64,000 bases of DNA, taken from positions 2,523,242-2,587,241 of the forward strand of contig CAWCLF010000001.1 of NCBI GenBank assembly GCA_963796325.1. The letters run 5' to 3'. Of this stretch, positions 54,675-64,000 are shown piece by piece. How positions within the stretch are numbered: position 1 is the stretch's first letter; every line of letters begins with the position of its first letter. The position numbers and the translations under genes were made by a program. The notes beneath the pieces were generated by a model, which saw only the letters and a list, made by a program, of their open reading frames with translations, made no database searches and was not told where the DNA came from. The stretch is from an uncultured Spirochaetota bacterium (lineage in GTDB: Bacteria > Spirochaetota > Brevinematia > Brevinematales > JAOACQ01).

Positions 54675-56111
54675 TTATCCTCCTTTCACGTTTTTGGGCA
54701 GCGAATGGATTGACCAGCCTCCCGCATCCATAGCGGCTTCCCTGACAACCTCGGAAAGAACAGGATGGGCATGAACCGTTCTTGCGATATCTTCCGAAGT
54801 CCCCTGGAATTCCATGACTGTAACTATTTCACCGATAAGATCGGACGCCCATGGCCCGATAATCTGGGCTCCGAGGACCAGGTCGTCTTCCTTCCCGGCA
54901 AAAATCTTCACGAAACCTTCGGCGTATTCGGACGCTAAAGCCCTGCCGTTCGCCCTGAACTGGAAAATCCCGCTTTTATAAGGTATCCCGTCATTCGCCA
55001 TTTCGGATTCCGTTTTGCCGACGGACGCGTATTCGGGCCAGGTATAAACGATCGAAGGTATGGCATTATAATTTACCGACCCGAAACGCCCTGCGATGAT
55101 CTCCGAAACGGCAATTCCTTCCTCCGAAGCCTTGTGGGCAAGCATCGGCCCCCTTACGATATCTCCGACGGCATATACGCCTTTTAGCGATGTCATGAAT
55201 TTTTTATCTATATCGACCCTCCCGCCGGTCCCCGGTTTTATTCCGGCTTCAGCAAGCCCCAGGCCGTCGGCAGCAGGTTTCCGCCCCGCCGCAACAAGCA
55301 CTTTGTCGCAGTAGAGCTCGCTTTCAACGGAAAGAGCGTCCTTCATTACAAGCCTGACTTTCCCGTCCTTTATTTCATAATCGGTTACCCTCGTCGACAC
55401 CCTTATATCCATGCCCTGCCTTTTCAATATCCCGGCAAGCCTTGCGCAGGACCTTTCGTCCGATTGAGGAAGGATGCGGTCCATCATTTCGATCACGGTA
55501 ACGGCTGACCCCAGCCTGTTCCAGACGCTCCCCAATTCGAGGCCTATAGCGCCGGCCCCTATAACGGCGAGGCTTCCCGGAACTTTATCGAAAGAAAGCG
55601 CGTCCGTAGAATCGGTAATATAGATCCCGTCGCGGGGCAGGACCTTAAGCGGCATCGGAACGCTTCCGGCCGCAAGAATTATACTGCCGCCGTTTATCTC
55701 GAGCTTGGACAGGTCCGGTTTTTCAACAATAACGGTATGGGCGTCCTTCAGACTTCCGGCGCCCCGGTATGTATCCACCCTGTTATTCAGGAGCAGCACT
55801 TTCACTCCGTCGGTCATTTTCCCTACGATTTGCGCCTTCCTTTCCATCATCCGCCCGAGGTCTGCATTTATTTTATCGCCTTCGATAACGATCCCGTGCG
55901 CCTTCATATTGTTTTTTGCCGAAGTCAGCACTTCCGTCGAGTCCAGAAGAGCCTTGGAGGGTATGCAGCCGACATTGAGGCATGTCCCCCCGAATGTTTT
56001 ATCCTTTTCAACAATGGCTGCCTTCAAGCCAAGCTGGGCGCACCTGATCGCCGCAACATATCCGCCCGGGCCGCTGCCGATAATAACCGAGTCGTATTTT
56101 ATTCCTTCCAT
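54675..56111 (-). CDS. lpd: Dihydrolipoyl dehydrogenase (E3)
   Basis: IIGSGPGGY, redox-active GGTCLNVGCIPSK, and a C-terminal HAHP interface motif. Confidence 0.95.
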   Translation of the reverse strand: MEGIKYDSVIIGSGPGGYVAAIRCAQLGLKAAIVEKDKTFGGTCLNVGCIPSKALLDSTEVLTSAKNNMKAHGIVIEGDKINADLGRMMERKAQIVGKMTDGVKVLLLNNRVDTYRGAGSLKDAHTVIVEKPDLSKLEINGGSIILAAGSVPMPLKVLPRDGIYITDSTDALSFDKVPGSLAVIGAGAIGLELGSVWNRLGSAVTVIEMMDRILPQSDERSCARLAGILKRQGMDIRVSTRVTDYEIKDGKVRLVMKDALSVESELYCDKVLVAAGRKPAADGLGLAEAGIKPGTGGRVDIDKKFMTSLKGVYAVGDIVRGPMLAHKASEEGIAVSEIIAGRFGSVNYNAIPSIVYTWPEYASVGKTESEMANDGIPYKSGIFQFRANGRALASEYAEGFVKIFAGKEDDLVLGAQIIGPWASDLIGEIVTVMEFQGTSEDIARTVHAHPVLSEVVREAAMDAGGWSIHSLPKNVKGG

Positions 56112-56130
56112 AAGTATTATCAGATCCTCC

Positions 56131-57321
56131 TTATAATTCTATTAGCAGGCTTTCGGGGTCTTCGATATATTTTTTGACGGCTGCCAGGAATTCCACGGCG
56201 TCCCTGCCGTCTATCACCCTGTGGTCGTAAGTCAGCGCCGCATACATGATCGGCCTGATCTCGATCTTCCCGTTTACGACATAAGGACGGTCCTTTATCG
56301 CATGAAGACCCAGGATAGCAGCCTGCGGATAATCCGGTATCGGAGTCGACATCATCGATCCGAATATTCCGCCGTTGGTAATGGTAAATGTTCCTCCCTC
56401 CAGCTCTTCAATTTTTATTTTTTTAAGTCTCGCCCTTTCCGCCATATCGTTTATCGACATTTCGATCTGGGGGAACGACAGCCTGTCCGCATCCCTGATT
56501 ACAGGGACGATCAGGCCTTCTTCGACCGATACCGCCACCCCGATATTATAAAAATGATTGTAAACGATCTCATCGCCCCTTACCATCGTGTTCACATCGG
56601 GAAACTCCTTTAAGGCCTGGCAGCATGCCTTGACGAAGAACGACATGAAACCGAGTTTGACCCCGTCCTTTTTTAAAAATTCATCCCTGTATTTTGACCT
56701 GATGGCGACGACCTGCTCCATATCTATTTCGTTGAACGTTGTTACATGCGCCGCTTCCTGTTTAGCCTGAACCAGGTTTTTCGCTATTGTGCGCCGGATC
56801 GGGGACATTTTGACGACAGTCTGCCTTTTTTGGGGCTCCCCGCCGCCGGTTTTATCAAGTATATCCTTATTAATAATTCTGCCCCCCCTGCCTGTTCCTT
56901 TGACGTCTGTGAGATCGACGGCGTTTTCCGCGGCAATCCTCCTGACTGAAGGGGATGTTTTAGGTTTTTCCTCCTGCCCGGAGGGAGCTCCGGGAATCTC
57001 GGTTTCCGTTTCAGCAGTTTCAGTTCCCGCTTTTTTAATTTCCTCCCGAACCGGAGTTTCCGTTATTAAAGTCTCGCCCTGCGCGGCTTCGGTATCGACA
57101 TAAGCGACAACCTGGCCTATTTTAACTTCCCCTCCTTCCTGGGCCAGTATTTCCATCTTTCCCGATGCGGGAGAAGGCACTTCGACATTTACCTTATCGG
57201 TTTCAAGTTCGAAGATGATCTCCCCTTCTTTAACATATTCGTTGTTTTTTTTCACCCATCTTGTTAAAATACCGCTGACTATCGACTCTCCGACAGTCGG
57301 GACTTTTACTTCGATCTTCAT
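56131..57321 (-). CDS. sucB: 2-oxoglutarate dehydrogenase E2 (dihydrolipoyllysine-residue succinyltransferase)
   Basis: N-terminal lipoyl domain (ELETDKVNVEVPSP), E3-binding SPSVRR, and a catalytic C-terminus with DHRVIDG. Confidence 0.9.
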   Translation of the reverse strand: MKIEVKVPTVGESIVSGILTRWVKKNNEYVKEGEIIFELETDKVNVEVPSPASGKMEILAQEGGEVKIGQVVAYVDTEAAQGETLITETPVREEIKKAGTETAETETEIPGAPSGQEEKPKTSPSVRRIAAENAVDLTDVKGTGRGGRIINKDILDKTGGGEPQKRQTVVKMSPIRRTIAKNLVQAKQEAAHVTTFNEIDMEQVVAIRSKYRDEFLKKDGVKLGFMSFFVKACCQALKEFPDVNTMVRGDEIVYNHFYNIGVAVSVEEGLIVPVIRDADRLSFPQIEMSINDMAERARLKKIKIEELEGGTFTITNGGIFGSMMSTPIPDYPQAAILGLHAIKDRPYVVNGKIEIRPIMYAALTYDHRVIDGRDAVEFLAAVKKYIEDPESLLIEL

Positions 57322-57337
57322 GGCATGCTCCGTTGTT

Positions 57338-60076
57338 TTATTCTTTCTGGAACGCTGTATTTAATATTTTTTCCTGCTCATTTTTAAACAGGGCCAGTGA
57401 ACCGGTTGCAGGGCTGGCGGAAGGATTTCTCCCGATATACCGGAGGTTCTCCCCGTACAAACTCGAAAACTGGTAATTGATGAACATCCAGGCGCCCCTG
57501 TTGCGCCCCTCCTCCTGGACCCAGCATTTATTTTTGACATCCTTGTATCTTAAGAGGACTTTTCCGACTTCATCCGCCGGGAAAGGATAGAGCTGTTCTA
57601 TCCTGACTATAGCAGTACCGTTATCCTTTATATCCGCCCTTTTCCCGGCTATATCGTAATATATCTTCCCGGTACAGAACAGCACTTTATCTATGCCGGC
57701 CGTTTCCGCGGTATCGTCGATCACGAATTGAAAACGGCCCTGTACAAGATCGTCCACGGTCGAAACGGCCTTCGGATGGCGCAGAAGGCTTTTCGGCGTC
57801 ATAATGACAAGAGGTTTTTCCACATTCAATCTGACCTGCCTCCGCAGGAGGCAGAAATACTGCGCGGGGGTTGTGACATTGCAAACCTGGATATTCTCCT
57901 GCGCCGATAACTGGAGGAATCTCTCGAGATGGCCGTTGGAATGCTCCGGCCCCTGGCCTTCGAAACCATGGGGCAGGAGAAGGACGACTCCGCTTCTTGT
58001 GTTCCATTTCGCTTCCGAAGCGATTATGTAATTATCTATAATGACCTGCGCCCCGTTTGAAAAATCCCCGAACTGGGCTTCCCAGACGACAAGCTGTTCA
58101 GGGCATGATATCGAGTAGCCGAATTCAAAGCCCAGGATGGAATATTCCGCAAGCGGGCTGTCGTATACCGATAATAATGCCTTTCCCTCCCTCAAGTGAT
58201 TGAGAGGAATATAGAATTTGGGCTCGTCCACATCGGTTTCCCACCATACAAGATGCCTCTGCGAAAAAGTGCCCCTTTCGCTGTCCTGTCCGCTGAGCCT
58301 TACCCCGTTTCCCTCGGCCAATAGAGACCCGAATGCTATCGATTCGGCAAACGCCCAGTCGACCGTCCCGTTCTCTTTGAGGTTCTTCATCCTTGTTTCC
58401 AGGATGCGTTTAAGCTTTTCATGAATTTTAAAACCCGGAGGTACGGAGTTTATTTCTTCGGCAATATTTAAAACAATTTCCTTTTCAAGTCCGGTATCTT
58501 TTTTTAAAGAAAGCGCTTCGTCAAAGTATTTGATTTTGTGGGGGGAAAACCCCTCGAATCCCTTGAAATTTTTATCCCGGTGCATCTTGTCAAAGGCATC
58601 CTTCAATTCCTTTACATAATCATCCCTCATTTTATCAGCTTCCCCGGCTGTCAGTAAAGACTTTTCCAGGCACAGGCCGGAGTAAATGGAAGCGGCGCTC
58701 CTGTGATTTTTTATGATTTCATACATCCGCGGATGCGTAAAGGACGGATCGTCGCCTTCATTATGCCCGTATTTACGGTAGCAGATAATGTCGATGACTA
58801 TGTCGCTTTTAAATGTCCTGCGGTATTCGATTGCGAGCTTCATGACCCTTACGGCGGCTTCCGGATCGTCCCCGTTGACATGAATGACAGGGATCGACAT
58901 GCCTTTTGCAATATCCGTACCGAATCCGCTTGAATGTTCGTTCCTCGGGGATGTGGTAAAACCTACCTGGTTATTTATTATTATGTGTATCGTCCCTCCC
59001 GCCGCATAACCTTCAAGCGCATACAGATTCAGAGTTTCCATTACAACGCCTTCTCCTGAAAATGCCGCTTCGCCATGAAGGATGACAGGGATCACCTGAT
59101 TTCTTTCGGTATCGCCCGACCTGTCCTGTAATCCCCTGGCCCGCCCGAGGGCTACCGTATCGACCGACTCAAGGTGGCTTGCATTCGGCGGAAGCGTAAC
59201 CCTTACGCTGTTGCCGTCCCCGAGGGCATGTTCCATAGTGTATCCGAGGTGATACTTGACATCGCCGCCGCCGTCCATCATCTCCGGATCGAAATTTTCC
59301 TCGAAAAGATAAAATATGTCTTCGGGAGGAAGCTGGAGAATATTATTGAGGATGGTCAGCCTCCCCCTGTGGCTTGATCCTATCACTATTTCCCTTACAT
59401 TCATCGAATATGCATTGTTGACAAGATAGTGGAGGCAGGGGATGACCGTTTCAGCGCCCTCTATGGAAAACCTCCTCTGGCCCAGGTAATTTTTATGGAG
59501 GAAATGCTCGAATTCCTCTGTCCTGATCAGATCCTCCAGAATGATTCTTTTTTCATCAGCCGGTATATCGAACCTGTCCCTTTCCTTTTCAAGATTCCTG
59601 ATAAACCACTTCCTGACATCCCTGTTCTGGATGTGGAGGAATTCTACGCCGACGGTCGAACAGTAAATTTCCGTGTAAACTTCAATTATTTTCCTTAGAT
59701 TCGTTTTCCTGTTGTCAAGCGCAGGCCCGCCAAAAAAGTCCTTATCCAGATCGCCGGGGGAAAGCTCGAAATCCTCGGGCGTAAGTTTTTCGAATATGCC
59801 CCTCCTGATAAGCGGGAGTTTTGTATAGTGCTCTTCGTAATCGTCCCCCAGGGGATTGAGCCCGGCATAAATATAACCCACGTCCCTGAACGCCCAGATG
59901 AGGCTGTCCACCCTTCCCTGTTTTCTTACCGCATCGGATATTTTCCCCCCGCCGGGAGCTTCATGCCCGAACATCGGTTCATATTCGTTCTCTGCGGCAG
60001 GTTCCGAGGCAGTTTCTTCGGATTCCGGGGTATTTTCGAGTAATTTTTCAAGATATTTGATATTGCTGTTGAGCAT
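57338..60076 (-). CDS. sucA: 2-oxoglutarate dehydrogenase E1 component
   Basis: 912-aa ThDP enzyme (HGEAAFSGEGVV, GYNEGDDPSFT-like, LPHGFEGQGPEHS). Confidence 0.95.
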   Translation of the reverse strand: MLNSNIKYLEKLLENTPESEETASEPAAENEYEPMFGHEAPGGGKISDAVRKQGRVDSLIWAFRDVGYIYAGLNPLGDDYEEHYTKLPLIRRGIFEKLTPEDFELSPGDLDKDFFGGPALDNRKTNLRKIIEVYTEIYCSTVGVEFLHIQNRDVRKWFIRNLEKERDRFDIPADEKRIILEDLIRTEEFEHFLHKNYLGQRRFSIEGAETVIPCLHYLVNNAYSMNVREIVIGSSHRGRLTILNNILQLPPEDIFYLFEENFDPEMMDGGGDVKYHLGYTMEHALGDGNSVRVTLPPNASHLESVDTVALGRARGLQDRSGDTERNQVIPVILHGEAAFSGEGVVMETLNLYALEGYAAGGTIHIIINNQVGFTTSPRNEHSSGFGTDIAKGMSIPVIHVNGDDPEAAVRVMKLAIEYRRTFKSDIVIDIICYRKYGHNEGDDPSFTHPRMYEIIKNHRSAASIYSGLCLEKSLLTAGEADKMRDDYVKELKDAFDKMHRDKNFKGFEGFSPHKIKYFDEALSLKKDTGLEKEIVLNIAEEINSVPPGFKIHEKLKRILETRMKNLKENGTVDWAFAESIAFGSLLAEGNGVRLSGQDSERGTFSQRHLVWWETDVDEPKFYIPLNHLREGKALLSVYDSPLAEYSILGFEFGYSISCPEQLVVWEAQFGDFSNGAQVIIDNYIIASEAKWNTRSGVVLLLPHGFEGQGPEHSNGHLERFLQLSAQENIQVCNVTTPAQYFCLLRRQVRLNVEKPLVIMTPKSLLRHPKAVSTVDDLVQGRFQFVIDDTAETAGIDKVLFCTGKIYYDIAGKRADIKDNGTAIVRIEQLYPFPADEVGKVLLRYKDVKNKCWVQEEGRNRGAWMFINYQFSSLYGENLRYIGRNPSASPATGSLALFKNEQEKILNTAFQKE

Positions 60077-60949
60077 CTATCCTCCGCACAATTCGATCAT
60101 TATATCGGGCAATTCGTCAGGCCTGTCCGCGACAGGTACTCCCGCGCTCCTGAAAGCTTCTATTTTTGCTTCCGCCGTACCGGTTCCGCCTGAAATGATG
60201 GCGCCTGCATGTCCCATCCTTTTACCCGGAGGAGCGGTCCTGCCCGACACGAATGCGGCCGCCTTTTTTTTAAAATTTTTTTTGATCCATTCGGCGGTTT
60301 TTTCCTCTTCGTCGCCTCCTATCTCCCCGATAAGCACAACCCCTTCTGTTTCAGGGTCTTTATTGAAGAGTTCGAGGAGGTCGATGAACCCTGTCCCTAC
60401 TACGGGATCGCCCCCTATCCCGATACAGGTCGACTCCCCCAGACCTTTTAAAGTGAGATCGTAAACAACCTCGTAAGTAAGGGTGCCGGACCTCGAAATT
60501 ACGCCGATCTTACCCTTTTTATGTATTTTCCCCGGCATTATTCCGATTTTGGATTTCTCCGGCGATATGATCCCGGGGCAGTTAGGGCCGATAAGAACTG
60601 TATTTTTTTCTTTTATGTACCTGTAATTATCGAGCATTTCAAGGATCGGAATGCCTTCCGTTATGCAGATGATCAGTTTTATTCCGCCGTCAGCCGCTTC
60701 CCTGATGGCGCCCGAAGCAAATTTCGCAGGGACGAAAATCACCGAGGCGTCGGCTCCTGTGGCATCGAACGCTTCTTTTACAGAATTGAACACGGGCTTC
60801 GATTCCAGAGACTGCCCGCCCTTCCCGGGCGTAACGCCTCCCATTACCCTGGTGCCGTATTCGATCATCTGTTTCGCATGAAAGCTTCCGTCCCTTCCCG
60901 TTATGCCCTGGACGATGACCCTGGTATTTTCATCTATCAATATGCTCAT
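60077..60949 (-). CDS. sucD: Succinyl-CoA synthetase alpha subunit
   Basis: [19 protein letters not shown], and phosphohistidine loop MGHAGAI. Confidence 0.95.
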   Translation of the reverse strand: MSILIDENTRVIVQGITGRDGSFHAKQMIEYGTRVMGGVTPGKGGQSLESKPVFNSVKEAFDATGADASVIFVPAKFASGAIREAADGGIKLIICITEGIPILEMLDNYRYIKEKNTVLIGPNCPGIISPEKSKIGIMPGKIHKKGKIGVISRSGTLTYEVVYDLTLKGLGESTCIGIGGDPVVGTGFIDLLELFNKDPETEGVVLIGEIGGDEEEKTAEWIKKNFKKKAAAFVSGRTAPPGKRMGHAGAIISGGTGTAEAKIEAFRSAGVPVADRPDELPDIMIELCGG

Positions 60950-62082
60950 ACAGCCGCCTGTGTTTTTTTAACGACTTCCTTTACCGAGTCGGTCAGGTTC
61001 GAAAATGCAGTAAAACCGTTCGCCTTAAGGATCTCGATCCCTTCCCTGTCGTTGGTGCCGATAAGCCTGATTACAAGCGGTATTTCTATACGGAATTCTT
61101 TCTCGGCTTCAATAAGCCCCATCGCAATATCGTCGCACCTGGTAATACCGCCGAATATATTAATAAGTATCGCCTTCACATTTTTATTTCCCGATAATAT
61201 TTTCAAGCCGTCCACGACCTTCTGCGGGTTTGAACTCCCGCCGATATCCAGGAAATTCGCAGGCTCCCCGCCGAAATACCTGCAAAGGTCCATCGTGGCC
61301 ATGGCAAGTCCCGCACCGTTTACCATGCATCCGATGTTTCCGTCAAGGCTTACGAAAGCGAGCCCTGCCGCATGAGCCCTGCGCTCATCCGGGCTGTATT
61401 CCTCGTCGTTTTTCATCGCTTCGAGATTGGGGTGCTTATAGAGGCTGTTGTCGTCGATGACTATCTTGGCATCTACAGCGATAAGAGATCCGTACGCATC
61501 AACTGCGAGGGGATTGATCTCGAGAAGCGAACAGTCGTTCTCTGTAAATGCATTATACATTTTTTTTACAACGCCAAGAAGTTCAAACGCCAGGCCGGGT
61601 CCGGCAATTTCCGAAAACATTCCGGGCATCGGGTTATCCCCGGAAAATAATTCGGGGCTTAAGGGGATCCTGTGTATCTTCCCCGGCGAAGCCAAAGCCG
61701 TCTCCTCGATCTCGACTCCTCCCTCGGAGCTTATTATGCATTCTATGGATTTGGATCCGAAGTCGACGGTAACGGCTGCATAAAATTCCTTTACTATATC
61801 GACAGCAGGAGTCACAAGCACATTTTTCACCTTTTCGCCCTTGATTTCCATGCCGAGTATGGCCGCTGCGGCAGACCTTGATTCCGCTGCATTCGAGGCG
61901 AGCTTGACGCCTCCCGCCTTGCCCCTTCCCCCTGTAAGGACCTGCGCCTTGACTGCGGTCCTCGCTCCGAATTTTTCGGCAATTCCGTAAGCTTCATCCG
62001 GGGTTTGTGCGAGTTCCCCTGCCGGAACATTTATTTTGTATTCCGCAAGTATCTTTTTAGCCTGGTATTCGAACAATTTCAT
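60946..62082 (-). CDS. sucC: Succinyl-CoA synthetase beta subunit
   Basis: [15 protein letters not shown]-grasp domain, [28 protein letters not shown]. Confidence 0.95.
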   Translation of the reverse strand: MKLFEYQAKKILAEYKINVPAGELAQTPDEAYGIAEKFGARTAVKAQVLTGGRGKAGGVKLASNAAESRSAAAAILGMEIKGEKVKNVLVTPAVDIVKEFYAAVTVDFGSKSIECIISSEGGVEIEETALASPGKIHRIPLSPELFSGDNPMPGMFSEIAGPGLAFELLGVVKKMYNAFTENDCSLLEINPLAVDAYGSLIAVDAKIVIDDNSLYKHPNLEAMKNDEEYSPDERRAHAAGLAFVSLDGNIGCMVNGAGLAMATMDLCRYFGGEPANFLDIGGSSNPQKVVDGLKILSGNKNVKAILINIFGGITRCDDIAMGLIEAEKEFRIEIPLVIRLIGTNDREGIEILKANGFTAFSNLTDSVKEVVKKTQAAV

Positions 62083-62810
62083 AATGCGCCCTCTTTAAAC
62101 CTGTCGATCCTGTTCTTTGTAAGGTTTATGTTCTTTGTCACTTTGATCCCCCTCGGACAGACTTTCGTACAGAAGAACATATTCCGGCATGCTCTCACTC
62201 CGTCCGGTTTGTCCAGAACATCGAGCCTGTCGGCAAGCCCTTCATCCCTCGAATCGAATACAAACCTTGCCGCCTGGACAATTGCCGCCGGGCCGATAAA
62301 CCGGGGATTGATTTCCCTTTCCACCGGGCAGGCGGAAAAGCAAGCCGCGCATAGTATGCATTTGGTAGCATCGTCGAATTTCTCCCTGTCTTCAGGGCTC
62401 TGGAGTCTTTCCTTTTTAGCAGGCGGGTTCCTGTTTATGAGATAAGGCTTAACTATCCTGTAATTTTCAAAGAATTTTTCGAAATCGACCATGAGATCGC
62501 GCTGGACGGGCAGGGATTTCAGCGGTTCTATCTTTATTACGCTGCTGCCTTCCGTTACGGCGTCCTTTATGAGCGTTTTGCAAGCAAGCTTCTCCACGCC
62601 GTTTATCACCATCGCATCGGAACCGCAAATTCCATGGGCGCAGCTCTTCCTGAAGGCCAGGGTCCCGTCCATAAAGTTCCTGACATGCATCAGGACGCCG
62701 AGAAGCCTGTCCGACGGGTCGGCTTCGACCTTGTAATCCCTGAAATAAGGCTCTTTGTCCTTCTCAGGATCGTATCTTTTGACTCTTAAAATAACTTCCA
62801 TCTTCCGCAC
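62079..62810 (-). CDS. sdhB: Succinate dehydrogenase/fumarate reductase iron-sulfur subunit
   Basis: 2Fe-2S motif CAHGICGSD...C, then CILCAACFSACP and C..VCPRGI cluster motifs. Confidence 0.9.
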   Translation of the reverse strand: MRKMEVILRVKRYDPEKDKEPYFRDYKVEADPSDRLLGVLMHVRNFMDGTLAFRKSCAHGICGSDAMVINGVEKLACKTLIKDAVTEGSSVIKIEPLKSLPVQRDLMVDFEKFFENYRIVKPYLINRNPPAKKERLQSPEDREKFDDATKCILCAACFSACPVEREINPRFIGPAAIVQAARFVFDSRDEGLADRLDVLDKPDGVRACRNMFFCTKVCPRGIKVTKNINLTKNRIDRFKEGAL

Positions 62811-62814
62811 CTTC

Positions 62815-64000
62815 TCAATATGTCCTCGGTTTCGGTTTGAACATCGAAAGGTCCACTGTCCTGTATCCGATATTTATCTTCCCGTTTTCGAACCTGGCAA
62901 AAGTATGCTTCAGCCAGGCTTCGTCGTTTCTCTCTTTATAATCATCCCTGGAATGCGCCCCCCTCGTTTCGGTCCTGTTCAGGGCCGAAACTGCAGTCGC
63001 CTGGGCGATATCGAGAAGATTGCCCAATTCCAGGATGTCAAGAATATCGGTATTGAAGCGCTTATTACCGTCCCTGGCCCTGACATCCACGTATCTCTCT
63101 TTCAATCCGGAGACTCCCTCGACCGCTTTTCTCATGTCGGCCTCATTCCTGAAAATACCGACATTTTCCATCATCATATCCTGCATTTCCTCTTTTATCG
63201 CACCTGCATCGATTCCTTGTTTCCCGTCCAGGAGCCTGTCCCTTTTACTCACGGCGGCATCCTTGTCGCTTTCAAGAACCCTGCCGAAATCGGAATCCCT
63301 GATGCATCCGGCCATATCGATCCCCGCCCTCTTCCCGAAAACAACCAGGTCGACCAGGCTGTTCGTACCCAGCCTGTTCGCCCCATGGACCGAAACGCAG
63401 GCGCATTCGCCCGCCGCATAAAGCCCTTCGTAAACGTCTCCTTCAGCATTCCTCAGGACCCTTCCGTTAGTATCGGTGGGGATCCCTCCCATCGCATAAT
63501 GTGCGGTCGGCTGGACGGGGATAGGCTTTTCCGAAGGATCGATGCCCAGGTAGTTAAGACAAAATTCCGTTATATCGGGGAGTTTTGAATATATTATGTC
63601 CTTGCCGAGCCGGGTCGCATCGAGTAACACGAAATCGTCGATTTTGCGGTCGCCCCTGACTCCGTTCCCTTTTTTGATCTCGAGAAGGATGGCCCTTGAA
63701 ATGAGGTCCCTGGGCGCGAGGTCGAGAAGCGTCGGGGCGTATTCCTGCATGAAAGGCTCTCCCAGCCTATTCCTCAATATGCCGCCTTCGCCCCGGACGG
63801 CTTCGGTTATAAGTATTCCCATACCTCTTATGCCGGTGGGGTGGAACTGAAAAAATTCCATGTCCATCAGGGGAACGCCTTTCCTGAAAAGTACCGCCGG
63901 CCCGTCTCCGGTGTTGGCGTACGCGTTTGAAGTCGTTTTGAAGATCCTGCCGAAACCGCCGGTGGCGAACATCACGCACTTTGCCTTGAAAATATGGATT
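62815..64000 (-). CDS. sdhA: Succinate dehydrogenase/fumarate reductase flavoprotein subunit, 3' part; the gene runs off the window end
   Basis: The frame is open to the window edge (..IHIFKAKCVMFATGGFGRIF). It contains FHPTG, HYAMGGI, GLYAAGECACVSVHGANRLG and TRGAHSR. Confidence 0.9.
   Translation of the reverse strand, partial: IHIFKAKCVMFATGGFGRIFKTTSNAYANTGDGPAVLFRKGVPLMDMEFFQFHPTGIRGMGILITEAVRGEGGILRNRLGEPFMQEYAPTLLDLAPRDLISRAILLEIKKGNGVRGDRKIDDFVLLDATRLGKDIIYSKLPDITEFCLNYLGIDPSEKPIPVQPTAHYAMGGIPTDTNGRVLRNAEGDVYEGLYAAGECACVSVHGANRLGTNSLVDLVVFGKRAGIDMAGCIRDSDFGRVLESDKDAAVSKRDRLLDGKQGIDAGAIKEEMQDMMMENVGIFRNEADMRKAVEGVSGLKERYVDVRARDGNKRFNTDILDILELGNLLDIAQATAVSALNRTETRGAHSRDDYKERNDEAWLKHTFARFENGKINIGYRTVDLSMFKPKPRTY

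Overview
This is a 64 kb bacterial chromosomal segment with about 58 protein-coding genes. I saw no rRNA, tRNA, CRISPR array, transposase or integrase. Lipoboxes and OmpA-type proteins suggest a Gram-negative-type envelope, but the lineage cannot be determined from sequence alone.

Both ends are core metabolism.
- Left end, minus strand: a tightly packed operon aroQ, TPR protein, 517-aa secreted protein, pepP, efp, accB-like, accC.
- Right end: lipA-lipB, ppc, then one co-linear minus-strand TCA block sdhA-sdhB-sucC-sucD-sucA-sucB-lpd-gltA.

The middle (about 6.5-48 kb) is accessory-like. It contains:
- three paralogous polytopic-membrane proteins fused to LuxR-type HTH domains;
- a MerR-like/bactofilin pair;
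- a split archaeal-type glutamate synthase operon;
- four large GT-C-like membrane proteins with an HD-GYP phosphodiesterase;
- a secreted ankyrin/transglutaminase protein with an internal 999-bp duplication;
- a umuD-SRAP-umuC SOS operon;
- a tandem kinase-fold protein next to an FMN oxidase.

My best candidate for an undescribed system is the two-gene operon at 22467-24826. It encodes a TraD/VirD4-type coupling-ATPase domain with no transmembrane anchor, translationally coupled (TAATG overlap) to a separate ~7-TM protein. It has its own consensus promoter, no relaxase, T4SS or integrase nearby, and abuts a truncated gene remnant.

Other points worth a second look:
- a BCCP homologue whose biotinyl-lysine position is Gly;
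- an orphan promoter-to-T-tract structured RNA candidate at 12.9-13.2 kb;
- five genes interrupted by single-base frameshifts, including fumC, which may be assembly errors rather than biology.
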